Shown piece by piece: positions 38,723-49,800 of a stretch of 64,000 nt of DNA; within the stretch, counting starts at the first letter, position 1, and each line of letters starts with the position of its first letter. The notes below the pieces were generated by a model. The model was not told the DNA's origin. It did no database searches and saw only the letters and a program-made list of their open reading frames with translations. This DNA is from an uncultured Spirochaetota bacterium (GTDB lineage Bacteria > Spirochaetota > UBA4802 > UBA5550). Where the stretch lies: NCBI GenBank assembly GCA_963827275.1, contig CAWHAA010000006.1, forward strand, positions 8,961 through 72,960, read 5' to 3'. Made by a program: the position numbers and the translations under genes.

Positions 38723-38751
38723 TTGACAAAGACAATAATTGTTATTATAAT
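38723..38751 (+). promoter_or_regulatory. Consensus sigma70 promoter (TTGACA-17-TATAAT) of the MarR-efflux operon, overlapping short ACAAT/ATTGT palindromes
   Basis: TTGACA is at 38723-38728 and TATAAT at 38746-38751. ACAATAATTGT lies within the spacer and ATTGT..ACAAT just downstream. These are plausible MarR operator half-sites. Confidence 0.6.
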
Positions 38752-38782
38752 GATTGTATTATCAACAATAAACAGGCAACAG

Positions 38783-39310
38783 ATGAAAAAACAGGCCAGG
38801 CAACCGCGGCAGTCAGCCGCCTTCAGCAAGAAGCTCGAACAGGAGCTTGCCATGCTCGAAAGCGAGCGGCGGGTAAAAACCGCTGTCATTGACAGCTCGC
38901 CCGGCTACCTGCTCCACCAGGCATCCGTGCGGATCAAGATCGATCTGCTGAGGAGATTCAGGGAAATCGGGCATGACATCACGCCCGAACAGGGGATGGT
39001 CCTGAACTCGCTGTGGGAGCAGGAGGGGGTATCGCAGCGCGAGCTGGCCGACCGCACGCTGAAGGACGGGCCCACCATCACGCGCATCCTCGACCTGCTC
39101 GAAAGGAAGGGTCTGGTGGCGCGCAGGCCGGACAGCTCCGACCGGCGTGTCTTCAAGGTGTTTCTGACTCCCGAAGGGGAGAGCAAAGTGGAAACGTTCA
39201 TGTCGATCGTAGCGGCGGTCGACGACAGGGCCTTCGCCGGTATCTCCGCCGCCGAGCTTGACCGGTTCAGGAAAATGTTGCGGGAGATAACAAACAATCT
39301 CGGCGCATAG
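38783..39310 (+). CDS. MarR family transcriptional regulator
   Basis: About 175 aa from ATG 38783. The winged-HTH region is ITPEQGMVLNSLWEQEGVSQRELADRTLKDGPTITRILDLLERKGLVARRPDSSDRRV. Confidence 0.85.
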   Translation: MKKQARQPRQSAAFSKKLEQELAMLESERRVKTAVIDSSPGYLLHQASVRIKIDLLRRFREIGHDITPEQGMVLNSLWEQEGVSQRELADRTLKDGPTITRILDLLERKGLVARRPDSSDRRVFKVFLTPEGESKVETFMSIVAAVDDRAFAGISAAELDRFRKMLREITNNLGA

Positions 39311-39359
39311 CGGTGCGCGCCGGTACGAGGTCATACACTTGATGAACGATGGTCGAATC

Positions 39360-40739
39360 ATGAAAATACTCATTGTTGCCCTCACGGTCCTCATGGCCTG
39401 GGCCCTCGCCGCGGTCCCGGCGCGCGCCGAAGAGACGATGACATGGGAGGAGTGCGTCGCGTATGCGATCGCGAACAATCCCGAACTGCGGTCATCGCAG
39501 GAGCTGATACGGCAGAGCAAAGATAACGTCGGCATCGCCAGGAGCGCCTACCTCCCGCAGATCAGCGCGTCGCTGGGGCTGAACGCCGCGCGGCAGGAGA
39601 GCGAGAGCGACCTCGAAAGGCTGAAAATCAGCAGAATGAAATCAACCGCGGAAATAACGTCGGCTTACACGAACGACCTGCTCGGCAGGAAAACGACATC
39701 CAGGACCGATTCGGTCTCGTACGGCATCCAGGGGAGCCAGCTCGTCTTCGACAGCATGAAAACCGTGTATAACATCAAGTCGGCCTCGAGCCAGGTCGAC
39801 AGTGTGCGCTACGGCCACGCGGTGACCTCGTCGCAGATACGGCTGAACCTGCGGGTCGCGTTTGTCGACCTCTTGAAAGCGCAGGAAAACGTGCAGATAT
39901 CAAAGGAGATCGCGGCCCGGTGGAAGAAAAACCTCGACCTTGTGACGATGCGCTACCGGGCGGGGCGGGAGCACCGGGGCTCACTGCTGAACGCGGAAGC
40001 GAACCTGGCGAGCGCGCGGTCCAGCCTGGAGCAGGCCGAGCGCGCTATTACCGTTGCGCGGCGGGGCCTGCTGAAGCAGATGGGCATCCCGTCATTGCGG
40101 GCGATACGGGCCGACGGGAAGCTGTCATTCAAAAAGGATGACGGAATAAAACCGGATTTCGACGCGATCGCGGCGGCGCACCCGGCCGTACTGCAGATGA
40201 AAAGCCAGGGCGTGTCGGCCCGCTACAGCGAGAACGCGAAGATCGCGGCCTTTTTCCCGGTGATCAGCGTGAATGCGGGCGCCGACAGCGCGAGATCGTA
40301 TGTTGACGGCATGACCAGCGTGAATAAAACGAACGGCCTGAACCTGTCCGCGGGGATTGCGTTCACCATGCCGCTCTTCACCGGCGGGAACACGTATTAC
40401 AATTACGATAAGGCGAAATCCCAGACCAGGAAGCTGAAGGCCGACGAGATCAGCGCGCGGGAACAGGTCATACTGGCGCTGGAGCAGTACTGGGCGAACT
40501 GGCGGAACGCCACCGACAACGTGGCGGTCCAGCGCAAGTTCCTGGAAGCGGCGGAGGAGCGGGCGAAGATATCGGAGGCGCAATACTCCCTGGGGCTGAT
40601 GACGTTCGACAGCTGGATCATTATCGAGGACTCGCTTTCACAGCAGAAAAAAAGCTACCTGAACGCCCTGGCCAACCAGTCGATCACGGAAGCGCAATGG
40701 ATACAGGCAAAAGGGGAAACACTGTCATATGATAAATAG
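39360..40739 (+). CDS. TolC-family outer-membrane efflux protein
   Basis: About 459 aa from ATG 39360. Signal peptide MKILIVALTVLMAWALAAVPARA. It shows the two-repeat OEP pattern (AIANNPELRSSQ, YLPQISA.., YRAGREHRGSLLNAEANLASAR). Confidence 0.85.
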   Translation: MKILIVALTVLMAWALAAVPARAEETMTWEECVAYAIANNPELRSSQELIRQSKDNVGIARSAYLPQISASLGLNAARQESESDLERLKISRMKSTAEITSAYTNDLLGRKTTSRTDSVSYGIQGSQLVFDSMKTVYNIKSASSQVDSVRYGHAVTSSQIRLNLRVAFVDLLKAQENVQISKEIAARWKKNLDLVTMRYRAGREHRGSLLNAEANLASARSSLEQAERAITVARRGLLKQMGIPSLRAIRADGKLSFKKDDGIKPDFDAIAAAHPAVLQMKSQGVSARYSENAKIAAFFPVISVNAGADSARSYVDGMTSVNKTNGLNLSAGIAFTMPLFTGGNTYYNYDKAKSQTRKLKADEISAREQVILALEQYWANWRNATDNVAVQRKFLEAAEERAKISEAQYSLGLMTFDSWIIIEDSLSQQKKSYLNALANQSITEAQWIQAKGETLSYDK

Positions 40740-41709
40740 GAAAAAGATACTAATCGCGCTCGCTGTCATCGCCGTGGCCGCCGTGGCGGCAATTATCGCG
40801 ATGCGTGCGCAAAAAGCGGACAACGGGCAGACCGTTTCGAGGATCGTGGCGCCTTCCCGGGGGCCCATCCGCATCGCCATATCGGCGACCGGGACGGTGC
40901 TCCCCTACAACCGGCTCGAGATCAAGCCGCAGATAAACGGGCGGATGGAGCGCGTCCTCGTGCAGGAGGGCCAGTTGGTCAGGACCGGCCAGATCATGGG
41001 GTGGATGAGCTCGACCGAGCGGGCCGCCCTGATTGACGCGGCGCGGTCGCAGGGCGCCGGCTCCGTGAAGTACTGGGAGGGCGTGATCAGGGAGATCCCG
41101 ATCGTCGCGCCGATCAACGGCACGGTCATCGTCCGCGACATAGAGCCGGGCCAGGCGGTGTCGACCGCGACCGCCATCCTGGTGCTCTCCGACCGGCTGA
41201 TCGTCAAGGCGGAAGTTGACGAGACCGACATCGGCAGGGTGAAGAAGGGCCAGCGCGTCATCATCGTCCTCGACGCCTACCCGGACGTGACGGTGGGGGG
41301 CAGGGTGGACCTCATCGAGTTTGAATCAAAGACCGTGAACAACGTGACCATGTACGAGGTGAACATCGTCCCCGACAGCGTGCCGGACGTGTACCGGTCG
41401 GGCATGACCGCGGACGTGAGCATCGTTGAGAAGGCAAAGGAAGACGCGCTCCTCCTCCCCCTGGACGCGGTGGTCTCGGACGGGGACAGGAACTACGCCT
41501 GGGTCCTTTCCGGGAAATCGACCAAGCCGGTGAAGAAAGAGATCCGGGCGGGGATGACGGACGAGCAGAACATCGAAATCATATCGGGCGTGACCGCCGG
41601 TGACCGGGTCGCGGTCATGTCAAACGGCGTGTCGCTGGAAGCGAAGAGCAGCACCAACCCCTTCATGCCGAAGCGGCCGACGGAAAAGAAGAGCGGCAAA
41701 ACACAATGA
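40729..41709 (+). CDS. macA: Periplasmic adaptor (membrane-fusion protein, MacA/HlyD-like)
   Basis: 326 aa with an N-terminal TM anchor. Lipoyl/beta-barrel-type MFP motifs are present (VLPYNRLEIKPQINGRMERVLVQEGQLV, APINGTVIVRDIEPGQAV). The start overlaps the TolC stop and the stop overlaps the MacB start. Confidence 0.8.
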   Translation: MINRKKILIALAVIAVAAVAAIIAMRAQKADNGQTVSRIVAPSRGPIRIAISATGTVLPYNRLEIKPQINGRMERVLVQEGQLVRTGQIMGWMSSTERAALIDAARSQGAGSVKYWEGVIREIPIVAPINGTVIVRDIEPGQAVSTATAILVLSDRLIVKAEVDETDIGRVKKGQRVIIVLDAYPDVTVGGRVDLIEFESKTVNNVTMYEVNIVPDSVPDVYRSGMTADVSIVEKAKEDALLLPLDAVVSDGDRNYAWVLSGKSTKPVKKEIRAGMTDEQNIEIISGVTAGDRVAVMSNGVSLEAKSSTNPFMPKRPTEKKSGKTQ

Positions 41710-43664
41710 TTGAGCTGCAGAACGTCTCCAAGATATACGATACCGGCAAGGTCCAGGTCCGCGCGCTGGACGGCGTGTCTATTACCATCGATGAGGGCGA
41801 GTTCGTCGCGATCATGGGGCATTCCGGCTCCGGGAAATCGACGATGCTCAATATCCTCGGGTTCCTTGACAAGCCTGATTCGGGCACCTACCGCCTCATG
41901 GGCGATGACATAACAGAGCTGGACGATGACGAGCTTTCCCTGCTGAGAAACAGGATCGCCGGGTTCGTGTTCCAGCAGTTCAACCTGCTCCCGCGCATGA
42001 ATTCCATGGAAAACGTGGGGCTCCCGATGGTGTACGCCGGCAAACGGGACTACCGCTCCGAGGCAACGGAGCGGCTCCGCCAGGTGCTGCTGTCGCACCG
42101 CGAGACCCACTACCCGAACGAGCTTTCCGGCGGCGAGCAGCAGCGCGTCGCGATCGCCCGGGCGCTGGTGAACCGGCCCATGATTCTCTTCGCGGACGAG
42201 CCGACCGGCAACCTCGACACGAAGAGCGAGGCGGAGATCATGGCGCTCCTCGAGGAGCTGAACGCGGCGGGCATCACCATCGTCATGGTCACCCACGAGA
42301 ACGAGATCGCCGAGCGCGCGAAGCGGATAATAACGATGCGGGACGGCACGGTGATCTCCGATACCGTGTCAGCCAGGAAGAAGAAGGCGGCGCCCCGGCG
42401 CGGGCATGTCTCGATACGGGAGATACTCGGGGGGGCGAAATCCTCGTTCGGCACCGGTGAATTCGTCGATTTTCTCCGCCAGGCGGTCTCCTCGATCGTC
42501 ACCCACAAGCTCAGGTCGATGCTCTCGATACTGGGCATCCTGATCGGGGTGGCGGCGGTCATATCGATGGTCGCCATAGGCGAGGGGGCGAAGGATTCGA
42601 TCACGCAGAGCCTGAGCTCCCTCGGCTCGAACACCCTGTCGGTGCGTCCCGGCTCGTTCCGCCGGGGCCCCGTTGCCATGGAATCGGGCGCCGTGACGCG
42701 CATCACCTTGGAGGACGCGGACGCGATCGCGCGCCTCGACGGGGTCAGGAGCGTGTCTCCCGCGGTCAGCGGACGGGCGCAGGCGGTGTACGGGAGCAAT
42801 AACTGGAACACCCAGGTGTACGGGGCCGGGGTCGATTATGCCAGGATCAAGAACGCCGTTCCCATCAGCGGGCGCTTCTTCACCGCGGAGGAGCTCCGCT
42901 CCCGCCGGAAGGTGGCGGTGATCGGCGCCACGGTCGTGAAAAACCTTTTCGGGAGCAGGAACCCCGTGGGCCAGACTATCAAAATCAACAGGATAAATTT
43001 CAAAGTCATCGGCATCCTCCCGGTCAAGGGGGTCTCCTTCCAGGACCAGGATGACGTGGTCGTGATACCGGTCACCACCGCGATGTTCCGGGTGCTCGGC
43101 AAGGAGTATGTCGATGCGATCGACGTGGAGATACGGGACCCGAAGATGATCGACGGCACGATCGATTCGATCAGGGAACTCATCATACGGCGGCACCGTC
43201 TGGCCCCCGGCGATGAGGAATCCTTCAACGTGCGGGACATGGCCGAAATCCGCGAGATGATGTCGCAGACCACCGGGACCATGAGCACGCTCCTGGGCAT
43301 CGTGGCGGCCATCTCCCTCATCGTCGGCGGCATCGGGATCATGAACATCATGCTGGTGTCGGTCAAGGAGCGGATCAAGGAGATCGGCCTGCGCAAGGCC
43401 ATCGGCGCGCGGCGCAGGGACATACTGGTCCAGTTCCTGATAGAGTCGTCGCTCCTGACCCTGGCCGGCGGCCTGTTCGGCATCATCCTCGGGTCCAGCA
43501 TATCAATACTCATATCGATGCTGGCCCACTGGTCGGTGAAGATATCCATTTCCGCAATCATGCTTTCCACGATAGTCTCAGTCTTCATCGGGATCGGCTT
43601 CGGGCTCTGGCCCGCGGTGCAGGCGTCGCGGCTGAACCCGATTGAGGCGCTGCGCTGGGAATGA
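41706..43664 (+). CDS. macB: MacB-type ABC transporter (fused ATPase + FtsX-like permease)
   Basis: 652 aa. Walker A GHSGSGKST, signature LSGGEQQRVAIARAL and Walker B ILFADEPTGNLD are present. The C-terminal 4-TM FtsX-type domain has a large periplasmic loop. Confidence 0.9.
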   Translation: MIELQNVSKIYDTGKVQVRALDGVSITIDEGEFVAIMGHSGSGKSTMLNILGFLDKPDSGTYRLMGDDITELDDDELSLLRNRIAGFVFQQFNLLPRMNSMENVGLPMVYAGKRDYRSEATERLRQVLLSHRETHYPNELSGGEQQRVAIARALVNRPMILFADEPTGNLDTKSEAEIMALLEELNAAGITIVMVTHENEIAERAKRIITMRDGTVISDTVSARKKKAAPRRGHVSIREILGGAKSSFGTGEFVDFLRQAVSSIVTHKLRSMLSILGILIGVAAVISMVAIGEGAKDSITQSLSSLGSNTLSVRPGSFRRGPVAMESGAVTRITLEDADAIARLDGVRSVSPAVSGRAQAVYGSNNWNTQVYGAGVDYARIKNAVPISGRFFTAEELRSRRKVAVIGATVVKNLFGSRNPVGQTIKINRINFKVIGILPVKGVSFQDQDDVVVIPVTTAMFRVLGKEYVDAIDVEIRDPKMIDGTIDSIRELIIRRHRLAPGDEESFNVRDMAEIREMMSQTTGTMSTLLGIVAAISLIVGGIGIMNIMLVSVKERIKEIGLRKAIGARRRDILVQFLIESSLLTLAGGLFGIILGSSISILISMLAHWSVKISISAIMLSTIVSVFIGIGFGLWPAVQASRLNPIEALRWE

Positions 43665-43718
43665 CGGCCTCCGGCGGCGCATTCTCCGTCGACCCTGCGT
43701 GCCGCGGCGGTTTTGTAA

Positions 43719-43746
43719 TTGACAGGTGGGTCGATGCAGGTATAAT
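43719..43746 (+). promoter_or_regulatory. Sigma70-type promoter (TTGACA-16-TATAAT) upstream of the CPBP gene
   Basis: TTGACA is at 43719-43724 and TATAAT at 43741-43746. The first ATG (43759) is only about 6 nt from the expected transcription start. Confidence 0.5.
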
Positions 43747-43824
43747 CTATTTATTTAAATGAATCGCGTGCAGCGGCGGCGAGGTGAACTTCCCCCTCGG
43801 AATATTATCGGAAATTTAAAAATA

Positions 43825-44535
43825 ATGGTAAATAAGATATCAACTGCCAGGGCACTCTCGATAGTTTCAATTGCAACGATATATTTTTATACCCTCCTGT
43901 TTACGCTGCTGCCGTTCCTGAAAACTAATTTTGATATTAATCCGGCCCTTTACTGGTTTATTACCGGATATTTCCTGTTTGTACCGCTGTTCCTCTACGC
44001 AATAATTATGGTAAGATCAGAAGGGAATAACAGCATTAAGCAGATTATGCAATCGTTGAATATTCTGCCTTTTTCAAGGAAAGACCTGGCATATGCAATA
44101 ACCGGTCTTCTGGCCCTCTATATCTTGACCGGCAGTATATTTTTTATCTCCTCGTTGCTTGATAAATATTTTGGAATTGCCCCTCTGAGTACAACGCCCT
44201 GGTTTATGGAAATACGGCCCTTTCAGGGGACGGACAAATTATTAATATTGATATGGCTGCCGATGTTCTTTTTTAATATAATCGGGGAAGAACTACTGTG
44301 GAGAGGCTATGTCCAGAAAAGGCTCCAGGTGAAATATTCATGGCCCTTCTGTTCGCTGCTGTGGCTCATGTTTCACGTTCCCTTCGGCCTTGATCTGTTG
44401 ATAATCCTTCTTCCCGCGATATTAATCATTCCATATTCATACCATAAAACTCAAAACACATCGGTCGGAATTTTCATCCACGGGATGTATAATGGGCCTG
44501 TATTTGCCGCAATTGCCCTGGGCGGCATTGCATGA
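43825..44535 (+). CDS. CPBP-family intramembrane glutamic endopeptidase (CAAX protease / Abi-like)
   Basis: A polytopic ORF with CPBP motifs: GEELLWRGY, FHVPFG and HGMYN. The start is either ATG 43825 or ATG 43759. G+C is visibly lower than in the neighbours. Confidence 0.75.
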   Translation: MVNKISTARALSIVSIATIYFYTLLFTLLPFLKTNFDINPALYWFITGYFLFVPLFLYAIIMVRSEGNNSIKQIMQSLNILPFSRKDLAYAITGLLALYILTGSIFFISSLLDKYFGIAPLSTTPWFMEIRPFQGTDKLLILIWLPMFFFNIIGEELLWRGYVQKRLQVKYSWPFCSLLWLMFHVPFGLDLLIILLPAILIIPYSYHKTQNTSVGIFIHGMYNGPVFAAIALGGIA

Positions 44536-44651
44536 TGACCGGGGCACTTCACCTGACACGGCAGGCCTGTTTCGCCGGGCACGGGGATAGTGAATGACCC
44601 CGCGCCTCGCCCGGCACGCAGCCAACCTTTACATGAATTAAGGGGGACGCC

Positions 44652-45890
44652 ATGAAAAAACTATTCGCCGCGCTGAAATCGAAGCTGGTAAAGATCAAAA
44701 ACAACCTCTCCCGGGTCAATGACAGGGAGACGCTGAGCGTGTTCTCCATCGTGGTGCTGGTGTTCCTCGATATATTCATCCTCATTGCCATATTCCGCGG
44801 CCTGGACGAGCACACGCGGCAGCTGACGACGCCGGAGGAGTATGTGCCCGCCGTTTGCAGGGAGATCATACTCGATGATGAATGGGGCGAATCAGGAAAG
44901 CTTGACCGCCTCTCCGGCCTGCTGCTTCCCGGTAGCGATTACTATGAGCGGGAAGAAGAGGAGAAGGCCGGTTCCCTGCACCCCGTGTGCGCAACATGCG
45001 TCGGCAGCATCAAAAAAATGAGGAAGGACAGGGAGCTTGTCTCCCTGTTCAAAACCAGGAACAGGGTGCGTGATGAATATTCCGACCTGAAAGGCTCGAT
45101 CGAGGACCTGAAGGGCTCGTACGACACGTATCTCCTTCAAGTCATAGCCGGGCAGTCGAAATCGGACGCGGCGGACGTCAACAGGATACGGCAGGAGCTG
45201 CAGGTCAAAACCGCGCGTTTCAACGCGGTGGTGGCGCAGCTGGGGCAGGCCGAATCGCGCATCAATGAAAGCGCCGGGGTCGCCGGCTTCTGGAAAGAGA
45301 CGGCCGCCCTGCGGGCGGCGCACCGTGAGAGCCTGAAATCCGAGCTGAAGCGGCTCGAGTTCTGGTTCCCGGTCAAACAGCTGCTGATGCAGCTGGCGTT
45401 CCTTCTCCCGATACTGGTCCTTTTTTACCTCTGGAATTCACGGAGCATCAAAAAGTCGAATGGCCTGCAGACCCTCATTTCGTCGCACCTGCTCATCATC
45501 GCCTTTGTGCCGGTGTTCGTGAAGATCATTGAAACCGTGTACGATATCATCCCCAAGAAATTCATCAAGAAGCTGCTCGATTTTCTCGTCTCCCTGAACC
45601 TGATCGCGGTGTGGCATTACGTGATAATTTTCTTCGCGGTGATCCTCTTCATGCTCCTGATATATATCATACAGAAAAAGATATTCAGCAGGGAAAAGCT
45701 CATACAGAAGAGGATCTCGAAGGGCCAGTGCCTCGAATGCGGGAAAAAGCTCCCCGCGGGCGGCAGGGCATGCCCCTTCTGCGGCTTCGTGCAGACCGCG
45801 CCGTGCCCCTCGTGCGGGGGGCAGACCTTCGTGTACGGGAGCTACTGCAGGGAGTGCGGGGCGGCGGTTGCCAGGGACGCTTCAGTTTAA
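44652..45890 (+). CDS. Membrane protein with coiled-coil loop and C-terminal double zinc-ribbon
   Basis: 412 aa with SD AAGGGGGA. It has 1 + 3 hydrophobic segments. The C-terminus CLECGKKLPAGGRACPFCG..CPSCGGQTFVYGSYCRECG contains four CxxC pairs. Confidence 0.65.
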   Translation: MKKLFAALKSKLVKIKNNLSRVNDRETLSVFSIVVLVFLDIFILIAIFRGLDEHTRQLTTPEEYVPAVCREIILDDEWGESGKLDRLSGLLLPGSDYYEREEEEKAGSLHPVCATCVGSIKKMRKDRELVSLFKTRNRVRDEYSDLKGSIEDLKGSYDTYLLQVIAGQSKSDAADVNRIRQELQVKTARFNAVVAQLGQAESRINESAGVAGFWKETAALRAAHRESLKSELKRLEFWFPVKQLLMQLAFLLPILVLFYLWNSRSIKKSNGLQTLISSHLLIIAFVPVFVKIIETVYDIIPKKFIKKLLDFLVSLNLIAVWHYVIIFFAVILFMLLIYIIQKKIFSREKLIQKRISKGQCLECGKKLPAGGRACPFCGFVQTAPCPSCGGQTFVYGSYCRECGAAVARDASV

Positions 45891-45990
45891 TTAAGATAAC
45901 GATGTATGACCGGAACAATAATTTGAGCTGTTAACGAAAAAATTTGCGGTCATTAAAGACTTATGCGAAATATCCCAGGGTGAATGATAA

Positions 45991-46024
45991 CGGCAGGGCT
46001 GGCAGGCCCTGCCGTTTGCTTTTC
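45991..46024 (+). terminator. Hairpin terminator at the left edge of the low-G+C island
   Basis: CGGCAGGGC-TGGCAG-GCCCTGCCG is followed by TTTGCTTTTC. Confidence 0.6.
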
Positions 46025-46802
46025 TAGATAGGGGGAATGGCTTTTAGAACACTCCTCCTTCCTGCACAGCACCGACGGATTAAGCAATCTTGTAATTGCT
46101 CTATATTATCACTTGTGTGCATTTTTAATGAGTTTATGAAATAAAAGTATTTTAAGAGTAAAATTAGGTACTTTTGACTTTTGTATTGGAAGGCCAATAC
46201 TTGGCTATCCGGATCATTGCAGCGCGTCGTGCCCGCTATAATGTATTTAGCTATTTCAAGTTATATTATAACCATATTTTCAAATAAATATTGTTGTGTG
46301 TTATTGGAAATATTTTCCATCAACCACATTCCTGCGTCATGTTAATAAAAATTCCTATATCCTGGTCCGTGTTCCTTGTCTATTGACTCTTTCTGCAAAT
46401 GCTATAAAGTTTAAAAAATAATAAAAGATTAAAAAAATTTTGTCATTTTTATTGGGAAAATCCTACTAATTATTCAGTAGGGATTATTCAATATTTTATT
46501 GGGTACCCTTCAGTTTGTATTTAAAAAAAATGTTTTGAAAAATCATTTAAACGTTTAATGAAAATCACTGTAGTTTTGTGATCAAATTAAAAAGAAGATT
46601 GCTTGTCGCTATCGGCAATTCGTCATGAAAAAATCAGGTATTGTGTGTCCCTGCGCTGTAGATTGTTTGTTAATTCAGCTTTGCAATAATCATTATGTTT
46701 TTGAATAAGAAATAAAAGATATTTTATAATTTTCAATAATACTAACTCTGATGTTGTTATAAAAAATATTTATATTAAGAGATATTCTTGAGGAATAATA
46801 GT

Positions 46803-49800
46803 ATGAAGTGTCTATATTTTAGTATACAAATAGTCATTTTATTTGTTCTCATAATTATTAAGTCTCAACTATTTTTGTTTGCTGACATTAATCCCGATGG
46901 TTCATTTTCTACTACTGTTAAAATAAAACTCCCGCCTGGTAGAAACGGCGTTCAACCCACTATCTCTTTGAATTACAATTCTAATACAGGTAATGGAATT
47001 ATTGGACAAGGTTGGTCTTTATCAGGTTTATCTTCAATTGTTAGAGACAGTTCTTATCCTGTAAATTATGATGATAATGACCATTATAGTGGGCCGAACG
47101 GTCATTTATTTAAAAATAATAAATATTATCATCACTTAGAAGAAAATTATTCACGTTTCGAAGCAATTGAAAAACAGGGCGGAGGCCCAAGATCGTGGAT
47201 AGAACATCAGCCTGATGGGACTAAATGTCATTATGGCACTACAGATGATTCTCAAGTATATTCACTAAATCATCCAGATTCTATTCGTGTTTGGGCTCTG
47301 CAATCTGTTGAGGATATTAATGGTAACTCATATAAAATAGAATATATGCAGGACCAGGGACAGTATTATCCGGTAAAAATTATTTATACTATGGGAGATG
47401 GAATATCGAAGTATAATGTTGTTGAGTTTGACTATGAAGATAATCGTTCCGATGTTGAAATTTCATATCTTCAAAGTTCGAAAGTCGTTACAGGTAAACG
47501 TTTAAAAGATATAACCGTGAAATATAATGTTGCCTCGATACTTGGTTATAAGATTTTTGGCGATATAGTCAGGAAATACCAGCTTGATTATATTGAAGAT
47601 GGATTGGTTTCTCAAAGTAAGTTGGTCAAAATTCACGAATTTGGTTCAAATGGTGGAGAGTTGCCTGGAACGGAATATGAATATGATTCTTCTAATGACC
47701 CGGTAACGTTTAGTAATTCATCTTCCGTCCCTTGGTCTGGCTATGATACAAGTTTGGGAACATGGCTGGATGGCGATATTGATGGTGATGGCCGCTTGGA
47801 TTTATTTCATGTTTGTTATTTTTGGTTTTGGGAAAAGTATATAAACATATTATTCTCTAACGGAGATGGGACTTATACAATCCCAAAACTTGGTTATATA
47901 CCATTTTCTGGTTATGATACGGGTTTCGGTCAGTGGGTCAATGGCGATTATAACGGAGACGGAAAAACCGACTTATTTCATGCGATACCAGTTATGTGGG
48001 GCCAACAATATATTAATACCTGGCTGTCAAATGGCGATGGAACTTTTAATGTTTTAACATTCAACCCCGGTGGTAATTATCCAACATCAGGAAGATGGAT
48101 TAGTGCGGATGTTAATGGAGATGGTAGAACTGACATGGTGCATTTACGGGGTGCGACTCCCATATATTATTTTAACAGCTGGATTTCAAAGGGAGATGGA
48201 AATTATGAAATGAAATATTTTCAACTTCAAAATCACCTTAATCGATATGCTGGTGCTATTTTGTTTTATTATGGTGGAGCAGTTGTTCCTGTTGCTGCAG
48301 GTGATTTCAATGGTGATGGTAAAGATGATTTTACTATTGTATGGTTTGGTGAATCTCCGGATTTCCCGCAAGTTGATATAGCAACATTACTTTCCCGGGG
48401 GGATGGCAGTTATCATGTCGTACATTATTACCCTTCTAATAATTTTAGAATTACTAGAATCGCAGCAGATGATATTGGAAGACCAGGCATACAGTTTCTT
48501 GTTGGCGATTTTAATGGAGATGGAAAATCAGATATATTACTGGGTTCATTAAATAAAAATATATCGGCTCTTCTTTTATCCAAGGGGGATGGTACTTACG
48601 ATCCCCGTATGGGTTCTACTGATGGAATTGGTTATGACCTGGGTAATTGGGGGATTGCGGATATCAATAAAGATGGCAAGAGTGATGTAGTTCATTACAT
48701 CGGTACTACGGTAAATGTGTGGTTATCCAATGGCAATGGCAATTTTATTTTTCACACAAATTCCATACTCAACGGTGATAATTTAAATGAAGGATTTCGT
48801 TTTCCGGGTGATGATAATGGAGATATGAAAGATGATATTGTAAATATTCAAAATTCATTATTTAAGAAATCTATCAGCATGTTATCGAATGATCTGCATA
48901 ATTCTAATTTAATGGTAAAAATTAAAGATGGATCAGGTGGGAATATTAGCATAGAATATAAATCAATATTTGATGGACCCGATGCAATAAAGGCAGAAGA
49001 TTCAAAATATCCATATATTTCAAATAAATCATCACGTTATTTAGCTACAAAAATGACTGTTACGGATGGCAGAGAATCCTCCTATTCAACAAATTATTAT
49101 TATTACAACGCCAAGTTGTTTTCTGGAATAAAACCGGAAAAGAAAGACCTTCTTTTTGAAAAAGTTATTACAATAAATCAATCTGGCGAGAAGACTATAA
49201 CCGAGTTTATTCAGGATAAGTATCATCTTCATGGGTGTCCAAAAAGGGTTGAGCAATACGCGGATAATGGAACATTCATTAAAACTGTTGATTACCAATA
49301 TTATGATAATACGATTACATTATTTGGCACATATATATCCCACATTAAATCTGTTGTTCAAAATAACTATGATGCGAGTAGCACAACACCTGTGAGTACA
49401 GGAATAAAGTCATATGTTTATGATGGATATGGTAATACATTGCGTGTCGATGACTCAATAACAAATGCCGAAACAATAACAACAATAAATAAATATGATA
49501 TTGATGAATCTTCATGGTTGTTGCGCCGATTATCTGAAACATCAATACTTTCGAATAATATTGAAATCAAGAGAGAAAAATATAATTATTCTGGGAATAA
49601 CCTTGAATCGAATGAAATATTTCATGCGGATAATAATAATTGGATCAAGCAATCATATGTTTACGATTCTAATGGTAATATTATAAAAATATTCGATCCG
49701 CTCGGTCATGTTTCAACAGTGGAATATGATTCAGATTATCGTTCATATCCAATTATAAAAACAAATGCTATTAATCAGTCAGTTTATACGACATATGATT

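Noticed and set aside
46030-46790. Possible ncRNA, CRISPR array or small genes in the 760-bp A+T-rich region upstream of the RHS gene
   Set aside because: Only isolated short hairpins and palindromes are present (e.g. AATCCTACT..AGTAGGGATT near 46460-46487, TTAAACGTTTAA near 46544-46555). There are no regularly spaced repeats and no ORF with SD. It is treated as promoter or leader region of unknown structure.
46788-46802. TTG start for the RHS gene
   Set aside because: ATG 46803 has a GAGGA SD at proper spacing and begins the signal peptide. The TTG start only adds MRNNS.
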